From Squalus acanthias (taxonomy: Eukaryota), in NCBI GenBank assembly GCA_030390025.1, contig CM059431.1:144152001-144216000 (forward strand): a stretch of DNA of 64,000 nucleotides. The letters run 5' to 3'. The notes beneath the pieces were generated by a model. That model saw only the letters and a program-made list of their open reading frames with translations, ran no database searches and was not told where the DNA came from. The number at the start of each line of letters is the position of its first letter. The stretch's first letter is position 1. The translations under genes were made by a program, and so were the position numbers. This document shows, piece after piece, positions 35,572 through 50,572 of the stretch.

Positions 35572-36983
35572 ATGGGGCGACCAGCTTTTCTGCTGATAAA
35601 AGAGATTTACTACCCGATTCTCGCAGCTTTCGGTGTCCCCGGTGAGCCATTGTAACCTGTTTGTTGTTAATCGATGTTAACTGTATCACTGTTCATGTCG
35701 CATGTTGGATATGGTAACTTTTTTACAGGTGTCAGCATGACACAGTGAACCACGTGTCCTCACTTTCCCAGTTGCTCTTGATATGATAACATTGCTGATG
35801 TTACAATCTTCTTTGTAGCTCCAACACAAGGATTTTAGCGGATTTCCGGACCGTCTTGTCACCCCGTGCAGAGTGAGCGCCGCAGGAGCTCATTACAATG
35901 TGTGGGTGGGTTTCCCAGGTAATGGCTCCAATACTAATCCTGTTCTCACACTGCTCCGTGTTGATAATCACACTGAATGGAGCAAAATGCGCTCAACAGA
36001 GATCTCCATATATATTTCAATCAGACACTGGAACATTATTTGTCTCCTCTCTGTTTCTTACAGCGAACTTGGTGACAATCGTGATTCTCTCCCGAGGAAA
36101 CTGCGGCCTTTCCAAGTGTATCTCTATCTACATGGTGGCCATGGCAACAGCAGATCTACTTGTCATAATCTTCAATGTAATAGCGTATTATATTTTCAGT
36201 TATCACTTTCCACTTTCATTCCTGTCCCACACTCCGGTGTGTAAGTTCAATCTATACATGAATGCTGTCACCTTCGATTTGTCTGTTTGGTTCACCGTCT
36301 CCTTCACATTTGACCGATTTGTAGTTATCTGCTGCCAGAAGTTTAAAGTAAAGTATTGCACCGAGAGAACTGCGGCCGCGGTTATAACAGCGTTCACGTT
36401 CCTGGTCTTTTTAAAGGGCATCCCCGTATTGTTTGCATATGAATCTCAGCAAATAATTATCAAGGTGCAGTGGGGCTGCCGGTCAAGTGTAGCTTTTTTT
36501 TCCGCACCTCCAGGGGTAGCGTATCTCTGGTTTCACATCATATGGCTCGTTTGGTTTCCCTTTACGTTAATGGCCTTTTTTAATTGTTTGACAATCAGAC
36601 GTATTTTAATGGCCAGCAGAGCCCGCAGGGGACTCCGGTGTCAGTGCAGTGAGAATCAGTGTGATCCCGAGATGGAGAGCCGCAGGAAATCCATCATTTT
36701 GCTCTTTGCTATATCGGGCAGTTTTATATTGCTGTGGCTGACAGCTGCCGTGAGTTTTGTAATTACCAGACTCACAAACCCCAATTATTACCGCGGCGAC
36801 CTCACGAACCCAGCCTATATCGCCACTGAAACCGGAGCCATGCTGAGGCTTTTGAGTTCCTGTCCGAACACGTGTATTTATGCAGCTACCCAGAGGAAAT
36901 TCAGAGAAGAGCTGAAGAAGGTGCTGAAATCTCCCTGGACACTGATTCTAAGATTGGTTAAACATGAAAGAAAGCCGAACTAG
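35572..36983 (+). CDS. Intact orphan class-A GPCR, GPR139/GPR142-like, 329 aa; exon 1 35572-35641, exon 2 36064-36983; in the palindrome spacer
   Basis: Exon 1 MGRPAFLLIKEIYYPILAAFGVP, phase-1 GT-AG intron of 422 bp, then ANLVTIVILSRGNCGLSKCIS. Motifs ATADLLV, FTFDRFVVICC, WGC, RRKSIILLF, SCPNTCIY; no internal stop. Confidence 0.93.
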
Positions 36984-38035
36984 AGCTTCGGTTGGGATAT
37001 TAGAATTCCGTTCTAGCTCGTGTTCCAGTAAGACTAAGGTTCTCTCTGCTAACCGTTACATAAGGATCGTTCTGTATAAAATTTCACAGGTACGCGATTA
37101 TATTTGGTGTCTTTTTAGCATTAAACGCCAGTAAGGACTGTGGGTTTCCGCAGTTCTTTGGCCGATTGACTCATCCCAAACAAGGTCATTCCCCCTTAAG
37201 TATGAAAAATGTCAGCGATGAAGTGAAATTTAACAGTGGTATATAATAGTTGATTAATGAGTTTAATATCTGATCCTGTGAGGACTGTAATCAATTCTAT
37301 CCTATATTGACCGGATCAGTCATTTGTTTTAGGGAAAGATTTCGTCGTTTACAACTTCCGGTCTCTTACCTTTTCTAGCAGGATTGTTGAAAATCTTTCT
37401 TGGACTGATTGCTGCTGCAAGGGCCGCTTCACCCCTTCTCCTGGGATCAAGCAGCGGTGCCGCTGTCCCCTTCTCAGTGTTGCGATGTTTTACCATTGTT
37501 TTGAATGTTAACTGGCGTTGCCTCGTTTTACCTGTTGTTTTCCTGACGTCTCAAGTAATGAGAAATAGTTGAAGGCCGCCCAGCAACATTAAATAAAGTT
37601 GTTACTTGCTGTTACTAAATATATCGTGGGGAATCTGACTGCTATTAATGTGAATCAGCGACCCTGTAACCGGGTACAACAGTGTAAGAAATAAGAAATT
37701 ATAATCGGGGCATTTCAGTCATGGATCAGTAATCAGGACTCTCAGATATTTATATCGAATCATCAGCTGTGTGTGTTGGTGCAAAGACAGTGCCGTGTAA
37801 TACCCCGTCCCCTTTTACCAACTGTTGTTGGCCGGGTATCTCCAGTGCAAGACGGTGTAATCGGAGCTCCGTCCGGCACCACTGGGGACCTGATTTTGAG
37901 AGTGTTGATCGGTGCAAAGGCTTCAAATGAGGATTTGAACCAATTAACTCGAATTTCGTTCGCCCGCTAGATTCTGTGCCTCGGTAGAAGCTGTTTACCA
38001 ATTTATCCTGCAGGATATGGGTTGCAGAATGGAAG

Positions 38036-40448
38036 ATAGAAACATAGAAACATAGAAAACTAGGAGCAGGAGTAGGCTATTCGGCACTTCGAGTCTGCTC
38101 CGCCATTCAATATGATCATGGCTGACCATCTATCTCAATACCATATTCCCGCTCTCTCCCCATACCCCTTGATGCCTTTTGTGTCTAGAAATCTATCTAT
38201 CTCCTTCTTAAATAAATTCAGTTCGTTGGCCTCCTTCTGCGGTAGAGAATTCCACAGGTTCAGCACCCTCTGATTGAAGCTATTTCGCCTCATCTCAGTC
38301 CTAAATGTCCTACCCCGTATCCTGAGAATGTGACCCCTCGTTCTAAACCCCCCAGCCAGGGGAAACATCCTCCCTGCATCCAGTCTGTCTAGCCCTGTCA
38401 GGATTTTATACGTTTCAATGAGATCCCCTCTCATTCTTCTAAACTCTAGTGAATGCAGGCCTAGTCGACGCAATCTCTTCTGATACGACAGTTCATCCCA
38501 GGAATCAGTCTGGTGAACCTTCGCTGCACTCCCTCTATGGCAAGTATATCCTTTCTTAGGTAAGGAGACCTAAACTGCACACAGTACTCCAGGTGTGGTC
38601 TCAGCAAGGCCGTGTAGAACTGTAGCAAGACATGCTAGCCCCTGTACTCAAATCCTCTTGCAATGAAGGCCAACATACCATTTGCCTTCCTAACTGCTTG
38701 CTGCAACTGAATGTTTGCTGTCAGTGACTGGTGTACAAGGACACCCCGGTCCCTTTGTATATCAACATTTCCCAATCTATCAGCATTTTAATAATACTCT
38801 ACCTTTCTGTTTTTCCTACCGAAGTGGATAACTTCACATTTATGCACGTTATACTGCATCTGCCATTTATTTCCCCACTCACTCAACTTGTCTGAATCAA
38901 CTTGAAGCCTCTTTGAATCCTCCTCACAACTCACAATCTCACCAATTTCGTGTCGTCAGCAAACTTGGAAATATTACATTTGGTTCGCTCATCCAAATCA
39001 TTGATATATATTGTGAATAGCTGGGGAACAAGCACTGTTCCCTGCGGTACCCCACTCGTCTCCACCTGCCACCCGGAAAAATACCCATTTATTCCTACTC
39101 TTTGTTTCATGTCTGTTAACCAATTTTCAATCCATGTCAGTATATTACCCCCAATCCCATGTGCTTTAATTTTGCACCCTAACCTCTTATTTGGGACTTC
39201 ATCAAAGGCCGTCTGAAATTCCAAATACACCGCACCACTGGTTCTCCCTTATCTATTCTAACAGTTACATCCTCAAAAAACTCCAGTAGGTTTGACAAAC
39301 ACGATTTCCCTTTCATAATTCATGTTGACTTTGTCTAATCCCGTTGATATTTTCTAAGTGTCCTGTTATTACATCCTTTATAATATACTCGGGTATTTTC
39401 CCTACTGCTGATGTTAGGCTGTAGTTCCCTGTGTTTTCTCTCCCTCCTTTTTTAACAAGTGGAGTTGCATTTGCCACCCTCCAATCTACCGGAACAGTTC
39501 CATAATCTATATTATTTTGGAAGATAACAACCAGTGCATCCACTATTTCCATGTCTACCTCTTTTTGTACTCTGGGATGAAGATTATCAGGCCCTGGTGA
39601 TTTATCGGCTTTCAGTCCCATTAATTTCTCCAGCACTATTGTTTTACAAATACTAATTTTCTTTAATTCCTCCTTCTCGCTAGACCATTTGTTTCCCTAG
39701 CATTTCTGGAAAGTTATTTGTGTCCTCTTCTGAGAAGACAGAACCAAAATATTTGTTTAATTTCTCAGCCATTTCCTTGTTCCCCTTTATAATTTCTCCC
39801 GTTTCTGACTGTAAGACACCTACATTTCGTTTCACTAATCCTTTTCTTTTTACATATTTGTAGAGATTTTACATTCCGATTTTATGTCCCTTGCAAGTTT
39901 AATCTTTTCCTCCTCTTAATCAATCTTTTGGTGATTCTTTGCTGAATTCGAAACTGTTCCCAATCCTCAGGCTTGCTTCTTTTTCTAGCAACTTTATATG
40001 ACACATCTTTGGATCTAAATGTCTTTTGTTAGCCATGGTTGGACCGTTTTTCCTTTACATTTTTTGCACCAGAAAGAAATGTATAACTGTTGCAATTCAT
40101 GCATTCGTTCCTTAAATGTTAGCCATTGCCTATCCACCGTCATGCCTTATAATGAAGCTCCCCAATGTATCATAGCCAACTCATCCTCATACCTTCGTCG
40201 TTTCCTTTGTTTAGATTTAGGACCTTGTTTCGGATTGGACTATTTCACTTTCCATCTTAATGAAGAATTTTATCATGTTTGATCACTTTTCCATAAAGAA
40301 CCCCCACAACAGGATTATTAATGAACCCCTTCTCATTACAAAATACTCAATCTAATATAGCCTGTTCCCTAGTTGGCTCCTCAATGTATTGGTCTAAAAA
40401 ACCGTCTCGTACACATTCCAGGATTTCATTCTCCACAGTATTATTGCT
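38036..40448 (-). mobile_element. CR1 LINE, mirror copy of 32850-35045, retaining the 221 bp missing on the left
   Basis: ATAGAAACATAGAAACATAGAAA tail at 38036. Minus-strand ORFs LGLHSLEFRRMRGDLIETYKIL, SGVPQGTVLVPQLFTIYINDL..KFADDTK and KSPGPDNLHPRV. Confidence 0.93.
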
Positions 40449-43400
40449 AGATGTTGTGGAGAGGCAGTCCCTTCAACTGGTCAAATCCACTGTTCACACT
40501 GCAGGATGTGTAAGAAAGTCAGAGGACTGTTTCAGTATTTGTCCGGGTGTCCTGGTCAATATTTATTACTCAATGAGCAGAAATAGAAGCAGATTGGGAG
40601 TTTACAACGGATTATTGGGGTGACATTAGACATGGGCGGGAATGCAAAACAGGCAGAATCTCATTTACCGGCCGCCATACCACACATCCAATATTCGCTT
40701 CTATTGATGTCAGTGGAACTGAATATCTGGCGAAGCGTGTAACAGGCGACTGCTGCGAGAGCACTCATTTTCCGATACCCGCCCACGCCCAATTTCACTC
40801 TATCTTGTCATTTACATCATTGCTATGTGTGGGACCTTGCTGTGCACAAACTGACTTTTGCATTGCCTAACTTTACAAAATTGACTTCCAGTCAAAAACA
40901 CTTGGTTGAAAGGCGCTATATAAATGCGAATGGCTGGAAATTCGTCTGGGCAGTAGTGGAAAATCATATTGCCGCCTGTTATAGGTACCGCCTAATATTG
41001 TGCTCAATGGAACTGAATATCTGGCCGAGTGTGTAACAGGTGATCTAAGTCACGCCGCCTGTTTACCCGACCCGCACGTGGACAATTTCACCTCAAATTC
41101 ATTATTTCCAGCCAAATCTCCAGAACTAGTTGTAAGGAGCAATTCAGTGTCCCCAATTTAAGCTGTTTTACACATAAGTTGAAAAGTTGGATTTATGACC
41201 ATTTGGGTTCAGTGGAATCTGAATATTCTGAAACGCGGATCATTTTCAATTTCAGCCTGGGCGGAAATCTAGCTGGAGCGTACAGTCCGCCAGTCATCCA
41301 CCCGAAATTGGAGCGGGTGTAAAATATGCAACTGTCAATCGGCAGAATTCACTAAAGTGGAGGAAATTTTAGTCAAATCGCCGAATTATTGACCTGTTTC
41401 CTGTTTTCCGAATACTAATTGATAAAATACCGACACTAATGAAGCAGCCGCCTATTGTTTCAAGACTCTGTACTATCAGAGTCAGTTGGGCAGTGGCAGT
41501 ACTTGGATTGTGGGTCAGCTTTTAGTTCTTGTAGATGAAAACCAGTCTCTCATAAATTCCTAGAGCTAGTAACAGATTTAAATGTTCAATACAAATGCAT
41601 TGCATAATCGTGACGAAAGAAAGACTGGAATGTTTGGCCTGTAACTCACGCGAATTTCTCCATTGTGTATCTATAAGTCGGAACACGATGCTCGCGTTGG
41701 GTGTGCTTGTATAACAGTGCAGAGAATTATGTGGTTGTTGACTGTTAGTGAACGATTACACGGTTCCCTCCTGAGTCTGACGGACGCCCTTAACATCGGA
41801 ATCTTCCTCTTGTTCCACTCAATGCTAGAAGAATGTAATGGGACCTTTATCTCAGCTGGAATTTAATATATTTTGCGTTATATTAAAGGGAATTAAATCA
41901 ATGCCCAGAGCTCATGTCCACAAGTCTAATCAGCGCAAACAAAAGTAAGCATAAATATTAGCGATGTATTTGTTATCCTTGAACTACGAAAGTAAAGTAA
42001 AACTGCTGAACAAACAAACTGCAAGGAGTGAAAGATGCAGAAGCAACTGAACATAATTGGTGGCACGTCAAAGAATCGGCTGAGCGCTGCACGCATTGGC
42101 TGTTAGTGTCAGAAGTGTGACGAATCAGATTTACCTTTGAAACGCGCCCTCGTCAGTCGGAACCCTGTACTGCAGACTATGGCGCTCTTCACGATGGGCC
42201 GCAGGAAGTGAGGTCACAGTCTGATTGTCTGAAAACAGGGAATGTTGCCGCCGATCAGTGTCTGTGTCAGAATGCTTGGTCTTTCTCAGTGACCAGGTGT
42301 CATTTTCCCCAGTCTCGGAATTCCGCCGGACCACCAAATTAGGGGAGTAAAACCAAACACCAAGCCCGTCAGTCCCACGATATGAGTTCACTCTGCAACT
42401 CCACAAGCAAACAACACGAGAATTGGAACAAATATCACTGGACAGGGCAAATCGGACAGTAATTCTGTTCCTGGCAACAACCATGTAATGCCTCAAGTGC
42501 CATATAACACACTAGATTTAATTTAAAAGTAATGAATGTAATTTAATTGAATTTCATTTATTTCAATTTAATTTAATTTAATGTATTTCGTTTAATTTAA
42601 TTTAATGTTATTTTATTTTCGAAATCAATTTAAGCTTCCATCGTGATTTCTGTCGCTATGGAATTTAGATGCTGCAATTTACATTGATAACAACAGTGGA
42701 TATTCCTGCGACATCTTGGACCTCCAGGGCACTTCAACTGGCCAGGATAATCACGTGTCCATGATGTGCCTCCATCTGCTTGGAATTTCTGAGCTTGAGG
42801 AGCGGCTGGAGTCACTGCAGGGCTGAGAATTTGCTCGACCACATATTCCAGGAGATGGACAACCCGCAACCACAGTGAGTTCAGGAGGATAGTAAGTTGG
42901 TGGCCATGGACAGGGTGCGAAGAGGTAGGTGGTGCTGGGATCCTCCGGGAGTGTGGAACTCTCAAGGATGGGACCGATTACAGAACAAAAATGAGATTTT
43001 CTTGTGCAGGCAGGGGCATAGTTTTGATATTGAATGAATATGTTGCATGTTTCTTCACTAAAGAAAAGGATGCTGTCAATGTCACAGTAAAGGAGGCGAT
43101 AGTAGAGAAATTGGAGAGGAAAAACATTAATAAAGAGGAGGTACTTAAAAGATTGGAAGCGCTCAAAATAGAAATGTCACCGGCCCAAATGGGCTGTGTC
43201 CTAGGTTACTGGGGGAAGTAATGGTTGAAATTGCAGAGACTCTGGGGTCAAAAAATCTTCCAATCCTCCTTAGATATGGGAGAGCAGCCACAGTAGTGGT
43301 GGATTGCAAACATTACACCCCATTCAAAAAAGGGGAGAGTGATAAACCTGGCAACTACAGGCCAGTCAGCCTAACGACGTACGGAAACATTTAGAGACAA

Positions 43401-46400
43401 TAATCCGACAAAAAAGTTCATTGGCACTTGGAAAATGTGGGTTAATCAATGAAAGCCAGCGCTGATTTTTTATTGGGGAATCATGTTTTACTAAGTTGAT
43501 CGAGTCCTTTGATGAAGGGACTGAGAGGGTTGATGAGGGTAGTGCAGTTGATGCTGTGTATATGGACTTTCAAAGCGCATTTGAGAAAGTACTGCATGAT
43601 AGACCTGTTAGCAAAATTGAAGCCAAAATTGAATTCATAATTGAAAACAGAAAAAAGGAAGCTTAAGATAAATGTTAGGCAAATAATTCAGTGGAGCACC
43701 AAACTGAATTCAAATTAGGAATGGTTTTGATAAAGGATATTCGACGAAATTGTTTCTAGGTGCAGACTGCTCGGTAACCAGAGGACACAGATTTAAGGTA
43801 ATTGGCACAAAAAACAGCGGGGACATGAGGAAAAATAAATTAAAATAAAATAAGTAGCAGAGGATGCGACTAATTGATTATTTCTTTCAAAGAGTCAGAA
43901 CAGACACAATGGGCCAAATTGCCTCCTCCTGTACTGTATAATTCGTGGATTCTATGATTGTACGATCTTCCGTGTCATTGTTCGCAGTCAGTCGCAGTGT
44001 AGGGTGTAAATTTAACAAATGCTGCAGTAGGAAAGCGGAGATACCGATTCTTTGGAGCAGATATGGAATCTTGAACTAACTTTGGGAGATGTGGGCTCAG
44101 AGTGAAGAGCTCAGACTGCAGAAAAAGACACAAATTCACGTGAACCCTCCGCGAGGCCTTTCTCACCAATTATGTACTAACAGATAAAGAAGGCTCATTT
44201 CCTTTAAGAGACATTTGAATTAATCAGAAAACTATAACAATGTTTTTTATTATTGCTAGTGGTTCAATTGAAGCGCATCACACACTATAGTCAAGCATTA
44301 GTAAACGTAATAAATTAATAAAAAATCATTTAAAATTGGAATTGAGATTAAACATTTGGAGTTTATCAGCAATTATGTGTGCGAAATGCCTCCTGTAGTT
44401 TTACCCCAACCGTGCATCTCTTGCTGGAGCCGGATCCTTACACTTTGCTCAATTTTCAGAATCATGAAGCGCAGCCCAGTACCGATCTCCCATAATGCAC
44501 CAGTTCAGTTTGAGTCTCTGTCACGGGTGGACTACAACACCCAGATTGCAGCAGCGTAGTAGAGCACCTCGGTCCGTTTAACTCTCAATCTTGCAATGCA
44601 GCATAACCCCGCTCCTACTCCTATTAATCCAATTCCTCAGTAAGAAGTTAAAGGAGTGAATGAAGGAATCATCTTCTTCCTCAGCATATATATTTCAAGA
44701 TAATAAAATCCAGCTTTCCAACAATGGGATCTCCAGGACCTGGGGAAATACTTGGATTCACAACATTGGAGATTCCGTGCATTTGATGCTGTGCAGGGCC
44801 CCTTCAACACAACCCGACAAAACTCCTCTGTGTGTACTTTAATATAGTGCATATAATTGGGTTGCCAGCTTTTGATTTGTTAAAGTAGGTACAGGCACCG
44901 CAGATTATCCCATTAACAACTGTGAGGCTGATTAGGATAATTCGACAACTTAACAAAAATAACGTTAAATAATAGAGTTCCAAATATTGCCTCCTAAACT
45001 GCATTATATATAATTCCAGGATTATTCCACTTAAAGGTGTACATTTTGATAATCTTCCCTTCGTTCAAGATAATTTTCTTGCTTTCAACGTTGTATATCT
45101 TAATTGTTAAACTCCTCAGATTGAAGTTCATCAGTTTCCCTTTGCCTGTGTTATGCAGCACATGGATTTTGCAGTTTGTTTAGAGAAGGTTATATTTGTC
45201 ATGTGATAAACTTTCGATAAAATAGTTATCAATTTCAGAAGCAGATAAAAACGTTTGTGCCGAATGACCCTCCTAGTAATTCAGTAAATATCATACAGAA
45301 TACAGTTACCCAGTGAGCTGAAATGTTCCGCCCAGCTTCCCGTCTAACACTTAATTTCACATTTGAGTAATTTGTGCATTCGCCTCATAACATTAAAACT
45401 GACATTAGATCAGCTGGAGGTTTCCTCTTTTCTAAAGATAGAGAACAGGATTTTCTATAATTTCTTCAAAACTGGAATTGTGAATCCCTGGAATTTCTGG
45501 GACTGAGCCGTGTGAACTATACAGTGCAGAAATTTCCATTTTATGATTAGGTTGCCAGAATTGTCCACACAGTCTAAATGAGATAACCCCAACATTTCTT
45601 GTGACAACAAAAATAGATTTAATTGGAACTCTATCCCTTTGATATTCATGGGGCTTTCTCGAACAAAGGGGAAAGCGGGAACTGGCAGAGTGCGGGAACC
45701 CGTGGGACTGGAATCTGGCAGAGTGTGGGATACAGGCGAGCTGGGCCATGCTGAAAAGGATAGCGGGAAGAGTCGAACAAATCAACTGACGGAGACAGCT
45801 CCAATTTGCATTAATAGAATATCAATCTTATTTTGTTTTCAGCTTTTAAACACTGATCGGTGAATTGATATTAACAGCGATTCGATAACGTTGTTAAAGG
45901 AAATGTTGGATCCTTTGAAAGGGGAAATTGTTAACATATTTAAAATATGCTTTGCTGATTCTTAAATTGTTGATTATACATAAAAAAATAATCTTCTAAA
46001 CTGAGCAAGAAAGAGATCAAGTTATGACTGGAGTGTCCCGGATGTGAGGTCTGGGGCGGGCCCTCGCCCACAGCAAGTGAAAGACCTGAAAATGTTGGAT
46101 ATGGACGGGTGCTGGGATGGTTCTGCATAGAGCAGAAGTTTTGCGATCCTGGGCCTCTCCGGTCCGCGCGGGTAGAGGCCCACATATCCCAGGGGGGCAT
46201 GCGGTTAACAAGTGCCCTGGAATCACGTGGGCCGGCTCAACCAATAAAAGAAGGGATCGCCAATTCATCCTTATGGGAGTTCCTAAGTACAGAATTCCCA
46301 TAAGTATGAATGGGGACCACTTAAAAAATACAGAAACAAATGAAATAATAAAAATACATATTTAAAATTAATGAAAATCCCATTTAATTTAAGATTTTAA

Positions 46401-49400
46401 ACAAAAATGTAATTTAAAAAATGTATATTAGATGTTTTAACAGGGTTAAAAATAAACTTACCTTAGTAGACAGGGTTTTTAAAGTATAAATGAGTGAACA
46501 TTTTTTTTCTTATGTTATAACTCTTATGCTGGTAAAAGTTGGCATTATGGCAGACGCCTCCGAATTTACCTGGAGTTCCGGAAGCTACGGAAAGCATTTT
46601 GCCTGCTTTTACTAGGCGTAAGAATTTCACGGGCATTCAACGGGCGGAGGTTCGATGAATAGCGCAACTCTCGGCCCCGCGGAGGTACTTTTCCCGGGGA
46701 TGCGGAGAATCTGCAAAGAGAATTCTTGACAGACCGCAAGTTTCGGGTCCTCCTGAGAGGGCAGACGGTGCCTCGGTTTGACGTTCCATCCGAAAGACCG
46801 CACCTCCGACAGTGCAGCACACACTCAGTACTGCATTGAGGTGTCAGCATATATTTTGTGTTCAAGTCTCTGGAGCTGGACATTAACCCATTGCCATCTG
46901 ATGCAGAGGCGAGAATGCTGCCGCAGAGCCACTGCTCACATTTTTATAAAAATAGTAAATCTCAAAAAGGAATTGGATATATACTTGAAAAGGAAATGGT
47001 TGCTGGGCAGTGGGGAAATAGCAGTGGAGTTGGACTAATTGGATTCCTATTTCAAAGAGCCGGGAGAGGCATGATAGGCCGAATGGCCTCCTTATGTGCT
47101 TTCTGAATCTCTACCGCTTGTGTTGACCGCGATCTTCCGCCCTTTGATGTGAATGGAATGAAAGCTGAGGAAGCGCTTCCATCATTTTCCGACAATCCGC
47201 CCGCTGTGCGAGTGAGACTCCGGCCGTGGCGCAGCTCTGGGAGATCCCAGCGCTGAAGTAGACAAGCAGAAAGTAATTAAGAAAGTGTTAGTGAGTTTCG
47301 AATTGTAATGTATTGATTCACTTAAAAGAGAATAGGAGGCACCGTGGGTCCAATTCATTATTCAGGAGCAATATCAAGGATTAAGAAAAAGCTTTTTAAT
47401 TATCCAACGAATCCAGTAGGTAGAAAGTAAAGATCAGCAAAGGCCGCTTGGTAAATATTCGGAGTGGATCACAAGTGTTTTCATGAGAGGCAACGATCAA
47501 GGTTTTTTTTTTAATCAAGTTACGGTGTTCAAACACACAACTTTGGATTCAGAAATCCAGAGACCCAGAAACCGCGAGGTAAAGCAATGGGGACTGACAG
47601 TAGTGACGGTTTACTGACACTGTTGCAATTTTCCTCAATTAGAGAAGATTCCCGAGGATCCAACAGCGGCTGAAATAATCCCAGTGGTTAAAATACGGCC
47701 AGGAGAGAACCAGTGGGTGAGCACCTGGGAGAGGAGCAATGTAAAAGGGAATTATACTAGTTTGAATGACGATGTGTCATTTTTAACTAACTTGCTGGAG
47801 TTTCTGAAACACATCACTGGCCTGTAGGGCAGGGGAAATGCAGTTGGAATGACCCAGTCTGATTTTAACGAAGCAGCGGACAAGGTTCCGCATCTACAAA
47901 CGGTGAGGAATTATGGGATGGGTGGGAGATCTGGCTCTGCACAGACAGCTCATTACAAAATAAAAGTAGGTTATCGACAATTGGGAACCTGTAAGGGACG
48001 GGTGACTATTGGGATCTTCCTTGGTACCAGTTAATTTTTAATGTTTTGGTTAATAGAATCACAACGAAGATGAAGGTATCTTAGAAAGAAAACAATGAAA
48101 GTAACTCGATAAAACCATACACATTTACTGGGCGGGAGCAGTTCATGTTACCCATTCTCTCTGTAGTGGATTATTGGATACAACAATCAAAAACTATCTG
48201 TACTGTCATCCACAGACATTTATTTTCTCTGCTTCAATATTGTTCTAACTTTCCCTTTACTATTGCCTGAGGCAAACATTCGATCTCCAGCAATCCTTTG
48301 ATAGAGAAGTTTGTGCTAACCAGTCTGCTCATTCCCTTTGTGAACATTTAAGGTCGATCACCCTTTATTGCCAGTTCCTCAACTAGATGGAATGAGCTCT
48401 CCCTCTTCACTCTGCTAAACCGTTCAAAATGTTTAAATTCTGTATTAAATCTCCTCTTAGCTTTCACTGCTCCAGTGCAAATAGTCCCAATATCGTGTCC
48501 CTTATTTTCAGTATAGTTCTGATCCATGACACCAAACTGGTTTATCTGCACTGCCCGCTCTCAGTGGAGTTAATGGCCTTTCCACAATGAGGGGCCGAAA
48601 CTGTACCTGGTGTTCTAACGGTGAACTCACCAGCATTTTGTAAAGATTCATCATCACCTGTTCATTCTTGTGATCTAAGCCCATGTCTATAAAACACACA
48701 TTTCTGCTGGTTTTCTCATCCACCTTTCCGGAATTGATTATTTGGAACCCTATCGCTCGCAGTTCATCCACACCCTTCAGCTCCTTCCCATTGATATTCT
48801 GCTCCAATTCCTTGGCGTTTCTCGCATATTCAGGCGAGATCGCCGATGAACAATTTGTAACTGATTCAAAGTTGCTGGTATTTTTCAGATATTATTTGAC
48901 GATAATGAACAAAGATTTTTTCTGACCGTCTGCGCATGTTCAGTCAAACACAGAATATTTTATATCAGTTTATTTTATCAGAATTTCTTGCAGGGTTGCT
49001 TTTTTACCGATAACTTGCATCAAATGTAATAGTTAATAACTTTTTGAATAAACATTAATTTTTACATTCTTTTACCGTTTTGTTTGGGAGACTGATTGAG
49101 ACAGAATGGGCCGTATTTTCCGATCGGAGGATTCCTGCGTGCGGAGGCCTCCGATCTGGAGAAAATTACGAACTTACCTGATGGCTTCCGAGGCGCCTCC
49201 ACCTCCGCTACTGGGCCTCTCCACAGTCGAAATGCGCAGGTCCCACGTATCACATTGGCGCAGGCAGTTTGCAAGTGTCCCTGGGATCAAGTGGGCCATG
49301 GGGAGCCAATAGAAGAAGGGAATCTCCCTTCGTACACTTGACAAAGAGACCTGTCAAAAGTATGAATGGAGATCACCCCAAAAACACATTGAAACTTTTA

Positions 49401-50572
49401 TAAATTTAAAAAACCATCACCTTTTTAAAATTAGTTGAAATTACAATAAATTAAATATTTTAAACAACAATTTAATTTAAAAAATAAGTCAATTATTTAC
49501 TGGCTAAAAATAAACTTACTTTTTTTTAAAAAGAATTTTAAATTATAAATGAGTGAAGAAAATGTTTGTTTTTTACTTTTTTCCAACGCTTATGCTGGTA
49601 AAGGCAGGCCTTACGCCTGCTTTTACCAGGCGTGAGATTTGTAAGGGTTTTCTGCGGGCGGGGGTGCTCATGAAAGCGGAAATATCGGCCCGCAGACTCC
49701 CTTCTCCAGGGCAGGTGTCCCATCTGTCCAGAGCATTCTGGAGAGATCGAAAATGCCGGTTTTCAGCGCATGCGCTTCGCATGCCTGAAAACGGCATTTC
49801 CGATGCCCCTACGTGTGTGCACATCCCGTACACGCCCGTAGGGTTCGGTATATGCGGCCCGTGAGTCAGAATATCAGTAATATTACTCATGATACTTTTA
49901 TCGGCAGCACAAAACAAGAGCAGACTCCATCTTTGTGCTGAGTGAGAGACAACATTCAGTGTACAATCGAGAATTTAAGTCTGTTTCTGGGGCAAAATAG
50001 GTGAACGTTCACATCGATGAGCCGAGTTACGAACTGTTTCCTCCATTCGAACAGTGATCACGGGAGAAGAGCCCGCTTTATTTGTCAATGAGGAATGGAG
50101 TTCGATAGAGAAACCCGCGCCTGCAATATTCACACCAAACTTCCAGGATTGTTACCAGTATCGGGGATCGCAAGACCTTTGATCGTTAAGGCACCAAATA
50201 AAACTTTATTGATGATTTTAAAGTGGCGCGCCCGATCCCAGTACCTCCAGTGTAAGGTGGATTCCTCTGTTACCCACATGTCCGATTCCACTGCTGAAAC
50301 TCATCATTGTTATATTTGATCCCTGAAGGTGAAATGTGCTAAAGTTGCAAGAATAGGTTATGTTTATTCAACGAAAGTAGCGTAGAAAAAGAAATCAAAG
50401 CAGACATCAATGCATGCTGCAAAATGGAAGAAATGTTTAAACAAGAACTCACCCATTTTTCACATTACCAGAAAGAAGGATTGTCTACGATTGAAAAGGA
50501 GTTTAAATTGAGCTTTACTTACGAGGAAGATTTCCTTTGACTTGATTCTTTTCATCCTCATTTTCCAGCTAA

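Noticed and set aside
36975..37020. Small hairpin overlapping the stop codon of the central GPCR
   Set aside because: The stem is short and imperfect, is absent from the paralogues, and is compatible with chance.
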